Source: Octopus vulgaris (Eukaryota). From it: a stretch of DNA of 64,000 nt. Positions 13,319-27,600 of this stretch are shown one piece after another. Each line of letters starts with the position of its first letter. Position 1 is the stretch's first letter. The stretch covers positions 120,218,001-120,282,000 of the forward strand of contig OX597819.1 of assembly GCA_951406725.2 (NCBI GenBank), written 5' to 3'. Both the position numbers and the translations under genes were made by a program. A model generated the notes under the pieces. The model was not told where the DNA came from, ran no database searches, and saw only the letters and a list, made by a program, of their open reading frames with translations.

Positions 13319-13820
13319 TAAATGAAGAGGCAACTTTCATTAATAAATATCTTCCACAACTCAATATGCACACATAACATAATACAGAACATTACTAAGC
13401 TTTCAATTAATACCACTAACCCCCATACATCCCATACACCATTCACATTACATATACATATTTATATCTACCCTAATTGCACCAAATCCAGAACTACTTA
13501 CCTCCCTTACACATAATATTTTTACTCAGGGGCTAGTAGACCTGACACCGTTCAGTAATTGGTGTGCATTGAAAGCAATGTTTAGTAATTTTACGAAAGC
13601 GGTATGCTTTTGAATCTCTTTAATAATTCACAATAATGACTTTTATTACTTTTACTCCTACCTCAGTTCATCTAATTGTATATATATCCATCGTTACTTT
13701 TCAGAAAAAGCCTTTACTTTTTTTGATTTCCAATGTACATTTTCGCTTAATTTTCTTCTTACCTTTCCCTTACATTTCCACGTGTAGTTTCTATCTTCTT
13801 TTTGTAACATACTTCTATTA
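13318..13820 (+). mobile_element. Penelope-like element 3' remnant between (TA)n tracts
   Basis: INEEATFINKYLPQLNMHT* (13318-13377) fits the E..FI....P.LN end of PLE GIY-YIG domains; a hammerhead-shaped motif follows at 13572-13610. Confidence 0.55.
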
Positions 13821-14286
13821 TATATATATATATATATATAATGTTTTATAAATGTTTTCTGTATAACATTATAGATATCTACTGTATATACTAGAGCGTG
13901 GAATGCCACAGTCATTTATATTTAGCCGTGTTTCGGCTATCTCTACAATCATTTTCCACTAAAAAGCTACAGATGATGAATGTCTTAAATGGTTGTCTAG
14001 AAACTAAACAGTCTGGCTAGTAATTAGGTATTTTAATCATATATTTGCATTACGAGGTATTTTTCATTTATTTATTTATTTTAGATTTTTATCTGGCAGA
14101 CATATTGTCGGTACAGCAGATTTCCAGCCGTGGTTATTTATTGAGCTTTTTTTGTTCTTTGTTCACTTCTTTCGAAATGTGCTACACTCAGCACTCAACA
14201 AATACATGTATGTTAGGAACATACAGATACACACATATATACAGAAAGAGAGCGGGGAGAGATTGAGTGTGAGTGAGAGAGTGACA

Positions 14287-14766
<480 letters not shown>

Positions 14767-15031
14767 ACATACTATTCCGTTGGTAGGAATATACGTTCTA
14801 TGTATTGTTTATTTAGATGCCCTACAGATATACAGAGTATTACTGAGGGATTGAACAAAAATGAAGGATATATAGTTCAACTGATACTGAACAATAGCAT
14901 GAGAATATCCTGTAGCAAATGTGAAATATATATGTATGTGTGTATGTGTGTGTATATATACATACATAATACATACATATATATGTCTATATATATATAC
15001 ACATTCCTGGACCCTACTTATAATTATGCTC

Positions 15032-15192
15032 TGGCTGTGTGGTAAGTAGCTTGCTTACCAACCACATGGTTCCGGGTTCAATCCCACTGCATGGCATCTT
15101 GGGCAAGTGTCTTCTGCTATAGCCCCGGGCCGACCAATGCCTTGTGAGTGGATTTGGTAGACGGAAACTGAAGGAAGCCTGTCGTATATATG

Positions 15193-15242
<50 letters not shown>

Positions 15243-15452
15243 TGTGTTTGTCCTCCTAGCATTGCTTGACAACCGATGCTGGTGTGTTTACGTCCCCGTA
15301 ACTTAGCGATTAGCCAAAAGAAACCGATAGAATAAGTACTGGGCTTACAAAGAATAAGTCCCGGGGTCGATGATTTGCTCACTAAAGACGGTGCTCCAGC
15401 ATGGCCGCAGTCAAATGACTGAAACAAGTAAAAGAGTAAAAGAGAATAAGAG
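15032..15452 (+). mobile_element. SINE family A (tRNA head, CORE-like domain, internal (TA)n(TG)n, LINE-like tail)
   Basis: A-box-like TGGCTGTGTGG, B box GGTTCAATCC, CORE-like CTTGGGCAAGTGTCTT, tail (GTAAAAGA)n. Confidence 0.93.
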
Positions 15453-15454
15453 TA

Positions 15455-15527
<73 letters not shown>

Positions 15528-15533
<6 letters not shown>

Positions 15534-15640
15534 TGACCATGTGGTCTACTCTAGCACTAAAAATAGATCCGCAAGGTTTCAGCCACAAAAGAAATGCGGA
15601 TCTATTTTTAGTGCTAGAGTAGACCACATGGTCACTCTCT
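15528..15640. repeat. Perfect 46 bp inverted repeat with a 21 nt loop
   Basis: Arms 15528-15573 and 15595-15640, abutting (TA)n. Confidence 0.95.
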
Positions 15641-15773
15641 TATATTTATGTATAAAATATATCATAATCCGGGTTTTTTATGCACTAAGCCACTTGGTGG
15701 TAAATGGATGTACTATTAAATTAGTATCCAATTTTCTCACCCTTATCGGTTGTATATATATATATATATATAC

Positions 15774-15808
<35 letters not shown>

Positions 15809-15812
15809 TACT

Positions 15813-16130
15813 GAGAGCCCCTTCGGTCAGGTCTGACCATACGATTGTACCAAGAAAGTTACCCTCCCGGGTACAAGTCCGGACAAGGTTGTTTATGGAA
15901 GACCAGCAGTCGTCCATGCATACCGGCCTCCATTCTCCACGCCACCGATGTTATCCTAGGGAAAGGCAAACGCCGATACAGCTTGGCACCTATGATGTCG
16001 CAAATCATTTCTACAGCTGAGTGAAATATAGTGTCTTGCTCAAGAACACAACACGCAGCCCGATCCGGGATTCGAACTCACAACCTCACGATCGTAAGCT
16101 CGACGCCGTAACTACTGAGCCATGCACCTT

Positions 16131-16132
<2 letters not shown>
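15813..16132 (-). mobile_element. tRNA-derived SINE family E
   Basis: Minus head GCATGGCTCAGTAGTTA...GAGTTCGAATCC followed by CORE-like TTCTTGAGCAAGACAC. Confidence 0.85.
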
Positions 16133-16172
<40 letters not shown>

Positions 16173-16273
16173 CATATGCATGTTATAATGCGTATGTATG
16201 TATGCATTTATGGGTGTGTGTATGTCTGTCTGTATGTATGTGTGTGTATGTATGTATGTGTGTGTATGTATGT

Positions 16274-16347
<74 letters not shown>

Positions 16348-16967
16348 ACCATATAGTAACGTGAACGAAAGAAGAAAGAAGGAACTAAGTTTCGAAATAA
16401 TAGAACAGGACAAAAATTCTAAAGTATTTGCCTTCATCGAAACTTTCAATGGGAAACGGCATAAAAGTGCTGAATTTTGGATTTGGCCTACAGTGGTGAT
16501 TTTAGCGCGTAAAGAAATTCTTGGAGAGAGAAGGAAATGGGATAACAAAGTGCAGGTATGGGGCCCCGGAAAAATGACATAATGGAAGAATCGGGAGGGT
16601 GGGAACATGAGGAAAGTATGAAGGAAGTGTTTGTAAGAAAACGATAAAGAGAGAGTGACAAGGACCGCAGGAAGACAAAAGTTACAGAATGGTCGCAGAG
16701 AGGATGGAAGGGCATTGATAGGTGAGGTAAGATGTAGGGTGTTGTGAGCGCTGCTACGGAACAAATAAAGAAAATCAAAGTGCAACATAGAAACGGTTAA
16801 CGGAAAAGGACGAAAGAGAAATTTGGAAATTTTTCTCATTCAGCCATTGACACCAAATTCGACAACGTTTCAGAACGCTTAGAGTGCATAGACGTTAAAT
16901 TGTATGAATTAATCTTCTCTTTGTGCCAATGATGAAAGAAATATCACTGAGGTGATACATAGACACA

Positions 16968-18060
16968 CAAACATACATACATACATACATACAAACATAC
17001 ATACATACATACATACATGCATGCATGCATACATACATACATGCATACATACATACAAACATACATACATACATACATGCATGCATGCATACCTACATAC
17101 ATGCATACATACATACATACATACATCCATACATGCATACATACATACATGCATACATACATGCTTGCATGCATACATGCATGCATGCATACAATCATAC
17201 ATACATGCATACATACATGCATACATACATGCATACATACATGCATACCTACATACATGCATACATACATACATACATACATCCATACATGCATACATAC
17301 ATGCATACATACATGCTTGCATGCATACATGCATGCATGCATACAATCATACATACATGCATACATACATGCATACATACATGCATACATACATACATGC
17401 ATACATACATGCATGCATACATGCATACATACATGCATACATACATGCATACATACCTACATGCATACATACATACATACATACATGCATACATACATGC
17501 TTGCATGCATACATGCATGCATGCATACAATCATACATACATGCATACATACATGCATACATACATGCATACATACATACATGCATACATACATGCATGC
17601 ATACATGCATACATACATGCATGCATCCATACATACATACGTACATACATACATACATACATACATACATACATACATACATACATACATGCATGCATAC
17701 TACATGCATATACACACACATACATACATACATACGTACATACATACATACATACATACATACATACATGCATGCATGCATGCATACATACATACATACA
17801 TACATACATGCATACATACATACATGCATGCATACATACATACATACATACATACATGCATACATACATACATGCATACATACATGCATACATACAAACA
17901 TACATACATACATGCATGCATGCAAGCATGCATACATACATACATACATGCATACATACATACATGCATGCATCCATACATACATACGTACATACATACA
18001 TACATACATACATACATACATACATACATACATGCATACATACTACATGCATATACACAC
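16968..18060. repeat. (CATA)n/(CATG) compound microsatellite with higher-order duplications
   Basis: The block ATGCTTGCATGC...ACAATCATAC recurs at ~17161, ~17313 and ~17497. Confidence 0.95.
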
Positions 18061-18102
18061 ACATTCACTCACACAACCACACGTAAATAAAAGAATATAT
18101 AT

Positions 18103-18336
18103 ATTCTTTTTATTTTATTCTTCTATTTGTTTCAGTTTTTTTACCGCGGCCATGCTGGAGCACCGCCTCTAGTCGAACGAAACGACCCCAGCACTTATTC
18201 TTTGTAAGCCTAGTACTTATTCCATCTGTCACATTTGCTGAACCGCTAGGTTACGGGTACCTAATCACACCAACATCGATTGTCAAGTGATGGTGGAGGG
18301 ACAAACACTGACTCTCAGATACACACACACATACAC

Positions 18337-18409
<73 letters not shown>

Positions 18410-18572
18410 CGACGAGCTTCTTTCAGTTTCCGTCTATCAAATCCGCTCAGAAGTGTTTGGTCGGCCTGTTGCTATAGTAGAAGGCACTTGACCAGGCTGC
18501 CACGCAGTGGGAGTGAACCCGGAACCATGTGGTTGGGAAGCATGCTTCTTACCACACACCCACGCCTGCGCC
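18103..18572 (-). mobile_element. SINE family A, full length
   Basis: Reverse complement of the 15032 and 52325 copies. Confidence 0.92.
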
Positions 18573-19417
18573 TATATATATATATAATCCCAGACTAACA
18601 CATACAGAGAAACATATCACTACGATCGTTTCGAGCCTTCAGGCACCGGCACCTTGCAGGCAAGATGATGTACACTAAGTTGTGATGCATCGTATGTGCA
18701 GATGCGTCTTTCAAAGTCACAATTAGAACAACACAAAAGTAAAAAAAAAATAGAAAGAAATGTCAAAGACGATGAGTAAAGTTTTAGTTTAACATTTGAG
18801 ATAAAATATTTCAAATAAAGAGTAAGTGTCTTTCACTTCCAACGGTTGTGCTTATTGAGAATCAAAAGAAATATGGGGAGGGAGAAGCAGGAAGTAGAAG
18901 GAGAAAATGAATGTTAAGGAAAGATTTTTTTTATTAAAAATCTTTATTTCGTTTAAATTGTAAGAATGGCGCCGATGAGAATCTGAAGGGCTGAAATGCA
19001 AAAAGAAAAACGTGTTGTTCTATTGAGGGAGCGAAGAAGGTAAGTTATGTTGTGTATAGTGTCTGTGTTCATTATACTTTGCGAAATTCTTATTAGTCTT
19101 CTATTGTGCTATATATGTATATGTACATATATGAATCTTTGAATGGTGGAACTAGATCATACGATATTTTTAAATATTGTATAAGTCACTGTAAAATTTA
19201 TTAGATTTTGGTAAGCATACTGCCACTAAAAATGAAGTCCTTCTGAGAAGTGGCATACACTTCACACATACAGATACACATACTCAGATACAGATAGATA
19301 GATAGATAGATAGATATATATATATATAGATAGATAGATAGATACATACATACATACATACATACATAATACATACATACATACATAGATCGATAGATAG
19401 ATTCACACGCACACATA

Positions 19418-19506
<89 letters not shown>

Positions 19507-20579
19507 CATGAGTGAAAGAAGGTGCGAGGTGACGAGAATAATAGAGACAGAGGGAAAGGCAGAAGAATAAAAGAAAGACAAAAAGAAGGAAGAAACTGGA
19601 AGTGAAATATACTTTGATTCGGTCAATCTTAACCTAGTCACTCTAAACTATTTGTAAAGCATACAATAATAAAATTCTAAAGAGAATACTGAGAAAGTAA
19701 CTGTGTCAAGTGCTAAGGAATACAATGTACTTTTTCTAGATGCATGGAATTAAGTTTGCCGAATAAAAGGCGTCTCTCAGAAAATCGATTCCGTGACCCA
19801 GATTTAATAACCATTGGCATCACCTTTATTTGTCAAATTTCCTGTTTTCCCATCACAAGGTATTACTAAAGTAAGTGCCAATTCATTTACTTTACGATGT
19901 GTTATGTTTTGTCATTTAAAGCCATTAGTTGGTTTATATTCGAATTGTTTTCTATGCCTTAGTCCACAAAAAAAATTTGAACTCAGTCCTGAATTTGGTG
20001 AAGCAGTGAGCTTAGCAGCTTCGTAAACACATCGAGCAAAATGTTTCGCAGTGTTTCTTCCCGGCCTTTACTTCCTGGTTTCAAATCCCACCGTGGTCGA
20101 CATTACTGTTCTTCCCTTCTGGGTCAATAAAGTACGAATGAAGCACCTGAGTCGGTGTAATCAACAAATCACGTCCACTCAGAATTGCTGCAGGTAAATG
20201 TTATGGACTCGATCACTTATACGCCATGGAAACCAAGCAGTCTGTCTTGCGAGGCGTAGGACTCGAGAAAAATAATAATAACAAATATCAAAATAAACTG
20301 AATGCGTTCGGCAACGGCTTGTCGAACTTCAGTCCGTTAACTGCAGTACAGCCTACCGTATCTGATCCTCTAAGCAGTATTTGAAATTTCTAAACAAAGC
20401 TGCTAATTCCCCTTCAAACTACTCCTTAAGATATTACAAAATATGTTGGAGTGTGCAGCAGGGAAACGCTGTCAAGTAATATATTAATAAGGGAGGGTCA
20501 TGATTGGAATGTTTGGGGCATGTTTCTATTTTCTCAGAACTGACGTGAAGCTAAACAACAACAATAATAATCCTCGACT

Positions 20580-21082
20580 CCGGTGTTTCACTGGTGCCTA
20601 ATTTATCAAACCCGAAAGGATGAAAGGCAAAGTCGACCTCGGTGGAATTTGAACTCAGAACGTAGTGAAGGGGAAAATACCGTTGTGCATTTAGTCAAGC
20701 ACGCGATTGATTCTACCAGCTCGCCATCTTAGTCAACACCAACAATAATCTTTTCTGCTCAAGACACAAAGCCCGAAATTTTGGGGGAGGGGGCCAGTCG
20801 ATAATATCGACCTCAGTGCGCAACTGGTACTTAATTTATCGACCGCGAATGGATGAAAGGCAAAGGCGACCTCAGCGGGGTTTGAACTCACAACGTAATG
20901 ACAGACGAAATACTGCTAAAGTTTTTCGCCCGGCGTGCTAACGTTTCTGCCAGCTCGCCGCATTAATAATCTTTTCTACTCTAGGCACAAGGCCTGAAAT
21001 TTTTGGGGAAGGGGCCAGTCGATTAGCTCTACCCAGTACGCAACTGGTAATTAATTTATCAATCCCGAAAGGATGAAAGGCA
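20580..21082 (-). mobile_element. Tandem SINE family B copies
   Basis: Repeated CCCGAAAGGATGAAAGGCAAAG.CGACCTC blocks. Confidence 0.88.
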
Positions 21083-21106
21083 ATAACAGGAACAACAACA
21101 GCTGCA

Positions 21107-21262
21107 GTGGAGGCACAATGGCCCAGTGGTTAGGGCAGCGGAGTCTCGGTCGTAAGAACGCGGTTTTGATTCCCAGACCGAGCATTGTGGGTGTTTATTG
21201 AGCAAAAATACCCGCTGTATTCTTTCACCACAATTTTCACTCTCTCTTTCTGCTTCTGCCAC
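21107..21262 (+). mobile_element. SINE family C, 5' part
   Basis: GGAGGCACAATGGCCCAGTGGTTAGGGCAGCGG head shared with 31365, 37337 and 51645. Confidence 0.85.
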
Positions 21263-21979
21263 AAAGCAGAGGAACCATGGTGTAACCCACTATGTTGTGC
21301 TAAACTTTCAGACCCTAATCTTGATTGCGAATCCTCGGTACCCCAGGATGGTTCAGCTCTCCACCGGTGAAAAGCCACCGTTTACGGAATGAGGTTAACA
21401 ACGTAGTTTTCGCGCCCGTGCAACCGCCAGTCTATCGTGTGTGGTGGGTGGATCTTCAAGTTGCCACACGCATTCTTAGTAGCTTAGAGTAGGCTCGAAT
21501 TAGAGATTATTCTTTGTGGCAAAGGGCGGGAGTCCTGATTGAAAAAAGAAAATAACTGCTGTATCAGCGTAAAGCGAAACAGCATTTTCGTTATTCAGCG
21601 TGAGAGGAACAGAAAGACAGACAGACAGACACACACACACACGTTTAACTAAGTACACTATTATGAAAAGAGATAGAATAAGAACCAACGATCGCAGTAA
21701 ATTTAGTAGTAAAATTATAAACGTCAAAACAAACTCCACTCTAACTGATTTTTAGAAGTAGGGCATTTGTGGTTGGTCAAAAAAATATTCGATATTGATT
21801 CTGAAAAGACTAGTTTATAGCTTATTTTCTATTTAGTTATTTAGTTTATCTTTACTTTCTTAAAACCTAAAATTTTAATGACAGAAAAAAAATAAATCTA
21901 CAAAATTTTCTATATAACATTTAGAATTTCCTAAATACCTATAATTTTCAAATCAATCAGAAAATAAAATTGTTCAGAG

Positions 21980-22085
<106 letters not shown>

Positions 22086-24056
22086 TGTGTGTGTGCATGT
22101 GTATGTGCTTGTGCTTGTGTGTGTGTGTAAATCGGGATATATTAGAAGAAAAAAACCTGAAGAGCTCTTATCACTTACAAAAGTGTACTATATGTCTGAG
22201 CTATAAAAATGCTCTCTTTTTTAAATATATTCATTTATTTTTATATACTTATTTTTATATATTTATTTATTCATGTATTTATTTATTTATTTATTCATTG
22301 GTCTCGTTTTGTCTTCAGTAAGTTTCCTTAAGAATTACTTTTGTTAAATTCTTTTCTTTGCATTATAGTTTGACATCTATCTTTTCAAAAAAAAAAGTTA
22401 TGTTTTGTTACTACGTTCCTTTGTTATTTTATATCGAGTTTTCTTTTCCTATTTGAAGTATTACAATTAGTAAAGAAAACTAAACTATACCTTTATGTCT
22501 TCCATTTTGTTTCCTTTAATTGTATATATATATACATACATATATGAGTATATATATATACGGTTGTGTACGCTTGTGTTTATTTTTGTACATATGTGCC
22601 TGCAAAGTCGTGTGTGTAAGTGCACTTGTATGTATGTGACATATGTATACATATGTGCCTACGTGTATTGAAATTTAAAATACTTTATTTTTATTTTTCA
22701 TTACTAATTCTGAATTTATTTAACATCTGAGCTTCTTTGTAGATTTTTATGGTATTTTATTGTTCCGCTTCTAAATGACTATTTTCGTATGTATTAACAT
22801 ATATTTCAATGTGGTTGGCGCTAAATAGAAAACTAACTTCTCATAAACAAGCGGTAAACGGGCGCATTATTCTTTTCTTTTCTTTTTTCTTATTCTACAC
22901 TCTATTACATTGTAATCCAGACACAATTTGTATTTTAACACATTTCTGCTCTCTTTCTGTAGTTCTTTTTTGCTTCTTACTCTCTTCTTTTCGTCTCCTT
23001 TTTAGTACACAATTCAAAGAAGCTAATAAATACGAAATTAACAATGTTAAACAATAGAAGTCTTTAACTTATCTACATTTTCGTAGATAAAACATTCTAA
23101 CTCGACATTATAAAACCATCAAACAACTCATCAATTTCCTTTTCTTAGTCCTCCGTCCACTATTCATCTTGGTAATATATGCTGATTGGGAAACAGACAT
23201 TGCAGGTTCTTATCCTGTAACTGTCCGGACCAGTGAAACTTATTTCACTTTCAATGATCATGAGCCACTCGCACTATGCTGCTATGACTAAAGTACTGAA
23301 AATTTCTTGTCTTTTTTTTCCTCAGTGGGATTAGCCTCATATCGATTCTACCAAACCAGATTAGGATCAAAGTATTCCTATAACCATCACATATCACATT
23401 TCCAAACAGTAGATCCAAGTCCACATTATCCTATGTCTGCATTTTCTTCTTCCTTATTTAATATTCTATTTGATGGGGCTTGAAGAGATTTTAGTTGCTA
23501 TGTATAACAGTTTATGGTGCGTTGGGTTACAGAGCTTGTTGTTGTGAACAATGTCAGAATTATGGAATCGGTGAATACATCACGTGAATCCAAAATTTCA
23601 TTTGAAACGAATGGCATGAAACACGTGTTAATATCTTCCATCATTAAATTACTACATGGTGACTGGAGTTTTAGTGTTGCTGCAGGAATATAGAAAGATT
23701 GGTTCTACACTGACATCATTTCCATGTGTCAGACCCTGATCTCTTGATAGTGTCAAAATGGTGTCATCTTTGTGTCTTCTTTATCTAAAGTTAGAGACCA
23801 TCACCTCTCAAATCGGGACGGGATTAATTTCTTCAAGAGAGAAACGTAACACACCCGTTACTGGACTAGTATATTCGATACTGAAAAAGTAATTTAGTCA
23901 TGGATTCCCCAATGAATGGCTGGATTAGAAGCCTGATAGTAGAGACATGCAACGAATACTGCTAAGTATTCTGCCTCTTTCTCGACTCAGCCAATTTACC
24001 GACATTTATATCGTTCGTGATTCTGAGTAGCTCTGATAGAGTGGTTTAAAAAAAGT

Positions 24057-24283
24057 TAAAGTTCCTTACTCGAGTCATACCGACTCGTAAGGACCGGTTT
24101 GCATGGTGCATATATTCTCCACCTAGACGGACCACCGATCTGCCGCAGGATTACTCATTTTTGCTAGCTGAGTAGAATGAAGTGTTTTGCTCAATATCAT
24201 AAGCCTGTTGCTCGATCCAAGAATCGAAAGCACAATCTTACGATCATGAGCCAACACCCTAACCACTAAGACACGCGCCTCCA
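24057..24283 (-). mobile_element. Decayed SINE with family E-type head and the tail type seen at 44475/51329
   Basis: GCTGAGTAGAATGAAGTGTTTTGCTCAA body; CCACCTAGACGG tail motif. Confidence 0.7.
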
Positions 24284-24825
24284 ATTGACACTAAGACATG
24301 CGCCTCCAATTGACAGAGTTGGTCTAACATCAAAGGCACTTCAACTATTCCATCATACTGATACTTCTCTATCCATTATCTTTTATCCAATTTTGCACCC
24401 CAGTGTCATATTCGAGGGAGATTCATCATCTGCGTTTCTCAAGAATATCATATGTATTGATGTCAGGTAACACGGTGAATATATTCGTATTATTAAAACT
24501 AATGTATATTTAAATAAATCGCAATACATCACCTCGAGGAATTTACAGCATTTCTTTGATAAATCAATATAATCTTGTAAAATATGTTTGATATCAAACC
24601 CCACATTCTAGAAATGAGGAATTATTGAATATTTTTACATTGCTTTCTTCAGTTTAAGTATTCAGAAAATATTCTGCTCTACTTGCATCCGCTTTGTGAA
24701 AGGAAACAGAGTTTAATATCATGTTTTTGTCCAGTTTATCTGATTTAAAGATAATACATGAACACAAGTCACTTACTTAGTAAATTATTGACCATTAAGA
24801 TAAACACCAACATCATCAGTATATC

Positions 24826-25102
24826 AAAGGTATTTAAAACTATACACGCTTTAAGTATTGCAAATGAACAGGCAGTAGATGGGGAACGGTCAATAAGCAT
24901 AAGCCAGTTTCAATAGCGGTTCCAGAAATTCTGAGCCGGCTCCTACAGCCTTGAAGACGAGCCACGTCCTGGAGGATCTATAGAGCTCGACGAGAATGTT
25001 CTCCACAGCTTGGTGGAACAAAATCACATTGTAACTATTGAGGAACTAGTATAGAAGTTTGGATTTGGTCGTTCAACCATTCATCGTCACCTCTGTGCCA
25101 AC
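24826..25102 (+). pseudogene. Partial local duplicate of the neighbouring mariner
   Basis: Near-identical to 25802-25842 joined to 26011-26241. Confidence 0.9.
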
Positions 25103-25309
25103 TCGATGGACACTCCTGCTATCACCGGTTTATAAGCTGTCATTTGCTTTGTTGGAAAGGATAGATAGCTAACATAGCTTTCAAAAGTCCAGTTCAACTA
25201 ACCATAGATATATTGGATCATCCCATAACTGATGCGGCTTTTTTCAATTGCATGAACTAAAAATTGGAGAGGGACGAGATATAGTATCTCCATTAACTTA
25301 AATAAAAAC

Positions 25310-25790
25310 TTAGATATGTTTCGACCGAAGATTGGTCCTGGCCATGTCTAACTTAATATACCACCTGATAGGATTATCGAAATCCTGTTTAAGTCAAGTT
25401 TTGTTTATGGTCCATTCAAGAAGTGAGTTCTTGTTGAGTGAGTTGTATCCAGGTATGGGTGGCTTATCTGGTATTCCTTGAAATCTTTCCAGACTCCGTT
25501 TAAAGGTGATGGGATCCTTTTCCTCATTGATCTCTTTCGGGACAATATTAAACAGGAAAAGAAACTATATCACCTATATACTGTGATCTTGAATTGAGCA
25601 GGGGATGTATGGCCCGTGGTCCCAGCCTTGGCTGAAGCTTGAAACTAATGTTCAGGTCGTTTGAGCAATGCTGGCGGTATATTCTCCACATCTTACAAAT
25701 GACGTACCGACGCGGCGGCGGTGGAGAGAGTAGAGTTTCAAGGCTTTAAGACGGTCATAATAATCGAGATCAGTCATGCCTTCAATTCGT
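25310..25790 (-). pseudogene. CR1/L2-group LINE 3' fragment nested in the mariner
   Basis: RIEGMTDLDYYDRLKALKLYSLHRRR...LFNIVPKEI...IPDKP; same 3' end as 36090-36181. Confidence 0.85.
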
Positions 25791-25920
25791 TCAAAAAAGA
25801 TATTTAAAACTATACACGCTTTAAGCATTGCAGATGAACAGTAATTTTACCTTGTTATTGTTAGTGGAAGTTTTGAAGAGCGTAGCTCGATATTTTAGCA
25901 GTTGTTTTTTGAAAGTTATA

Positions 25921-26914
25921 ATGGAAGTCACAAAGGAGCATATCAGGCATATATTGCTTAATGAGTTCAATAAAGGCAACAACGCAACGGAAAGTGCGAG
26001 GAATGTTAATGCAGTAGATGGGGAACGGCCAATAAGCATATGCCAGTTTCAATAGCGGTTCCAGAAATTCTGAGCCGGCTCCTACAGCCTTGAAGACGAG
26101 CCACGTCCTGGAGGATCTATAGAGCTCGACGAGAATGTTCTCCACAGCTTGGTGGAACAAAACCACATTGTAACTATTGAGGAATTAGTATAGAAGCTTG
26201 GATTTGGTCGTTCAACCATTCATCGTCACCTCTGTGCCAACGGAAAAGTCAGCAAATTAGGTCAATGGGTTCCTAACAAACGTTCCGAGTCTAATCGCGC
26301 GCACAGAATGAGTATGTGCTCCTTTTTTGCACTCACACCTCACGAATGAACCTTTTTTGGACTGAATAGTGACTGGTGACGAGAAATGGGTTCTCTATAA
26401 AAATGCCAAACGTCGAAGACAGTGGGTAGGGAAAGGAGAAACAACGGCACCCCAGGCTAAAGAAGGTATTTACCCACGTAAGGTGTTGCTATCTGTTTAG
26501 TGGGATATGCAAGGTGTAATCCATTTTGAACACTTAAACCCAAACCAAACGATAAGAAAGGAGATGTACTGCAACTAGCTTGAGCGGCTTAAGTCAGCGC
26601 TAGAAGAGAAACGGCCATCTTCGATTTCAAGACGAAAGGTGTTCTTCCATCAGGATAATGCTCGGCAGTTTGAATGGGAAACGATGCCCCACCCATTATA
26701 TTCGTCTGATATTGCCCCATCTGATTATCATTTATTCGGCAGTCTTCAGAATGATTTTGACGGGAAAAATATGAATTCTGTAGACGAGGTCAGAAGAGTA
26801 CTGGAGGAGTATTTTTCGTCACGGACAAGTGAATTTTGGAAGAAGGGCCTTGCAACTCTACCAGATCAAGGAAAGAGCATTGTAGAAAATGAAGTAGAGT
26901 ATATTTTAGATTAG
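25921..26914 (+). pseudogene. Mariner transposase pseudogene
   Basis: MEVTKEHIRHILL..., LEDEPRPG, WVP, VTGDEKWVLY, FHQDNAR, HPLYSSDIAPSDYHLF; several stops, a frameshift and a ~12-codon deletion between the second and third catalytic Asp. Confidence 0.95.
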
Positions 26915-26998
26915 AAAATAAATGTGTTTATCTTAATATTGAAAGATAAAAGAACTATTTAAAAATCCAGAAAATATATATGGGATGACTTAATATAA

Positions 26999-27072
<74 letters not shown>

Positions 27073-27600
27073 CTGTTTTCAACTCTAGAACTCATAAGGC
27101 CGTTGCCATGACGCATAATTGTCCTAGATCACAACTTACCCCATAAACGAGACCCCTGCTCGTCACACCGTTACTCATTTGCAGCTGAGTAGAAGGGTTT
27201 TTGCTTAAAAAAATACAATTCACTGCCCGGCTCGGGAATTGAACCCACGATATTACGTTCTATCAGTATCTCCCCACCCCCATGTCTTCTCATCCCTAGT
27301 CCATGTGCCTTCACATGACTAGATAATTCATCGCAGTAATTTCATCACAATTTTCTGATTAATGTGGTCTTATGTCATTTGGCGTTGAACTGTCAGTTTG
27401 TCCTACACGAAGAACTTCATACAATATCCTAGCTTTCACTCTAATGTGAAATTCATATCTGCTTAAAGCTACGAAACAGCGAGATTCAGCAGCGGACATT
27501 CGTTACTTTACTTTGTTCATTATATGTTACTGTATTTGTGGAAATCAACCAATTAATTTAATTTTACATTATTGCAAATTGAAGTATCTTTTTTTTTTTT

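Larger units (their letters stand above)
25213..26993 (+). mobile_element. Mariner transposon with degenerate TIRs and TA TSD, interrupted by a LINE fragment
   Basis: TA|TTGGATCATCCCATAA ... TATGGGATGACTTAA|TA. Confidence 0.85.

Noticed and set aside
16895-18172. Longest ORFs in the track (353-406 aa)
   Set aside because: (CATA)n microsatellite lacking stop codons by composition.
18613-18645. Minus-strand CUGAAGGCUCGAAACGAUCGUA
   Set aside because: Stem III and GUA look right, but the core is CUGAAGG with no stem II or adjacent stem I; at most a collapsed remnant.
24826-24885. Deletion in the mariner duplicate resembling a spliced GT-AG intron
   Set aside because: The observed junction GAACAG-GCAGTAG does not match the product expected from splicing.
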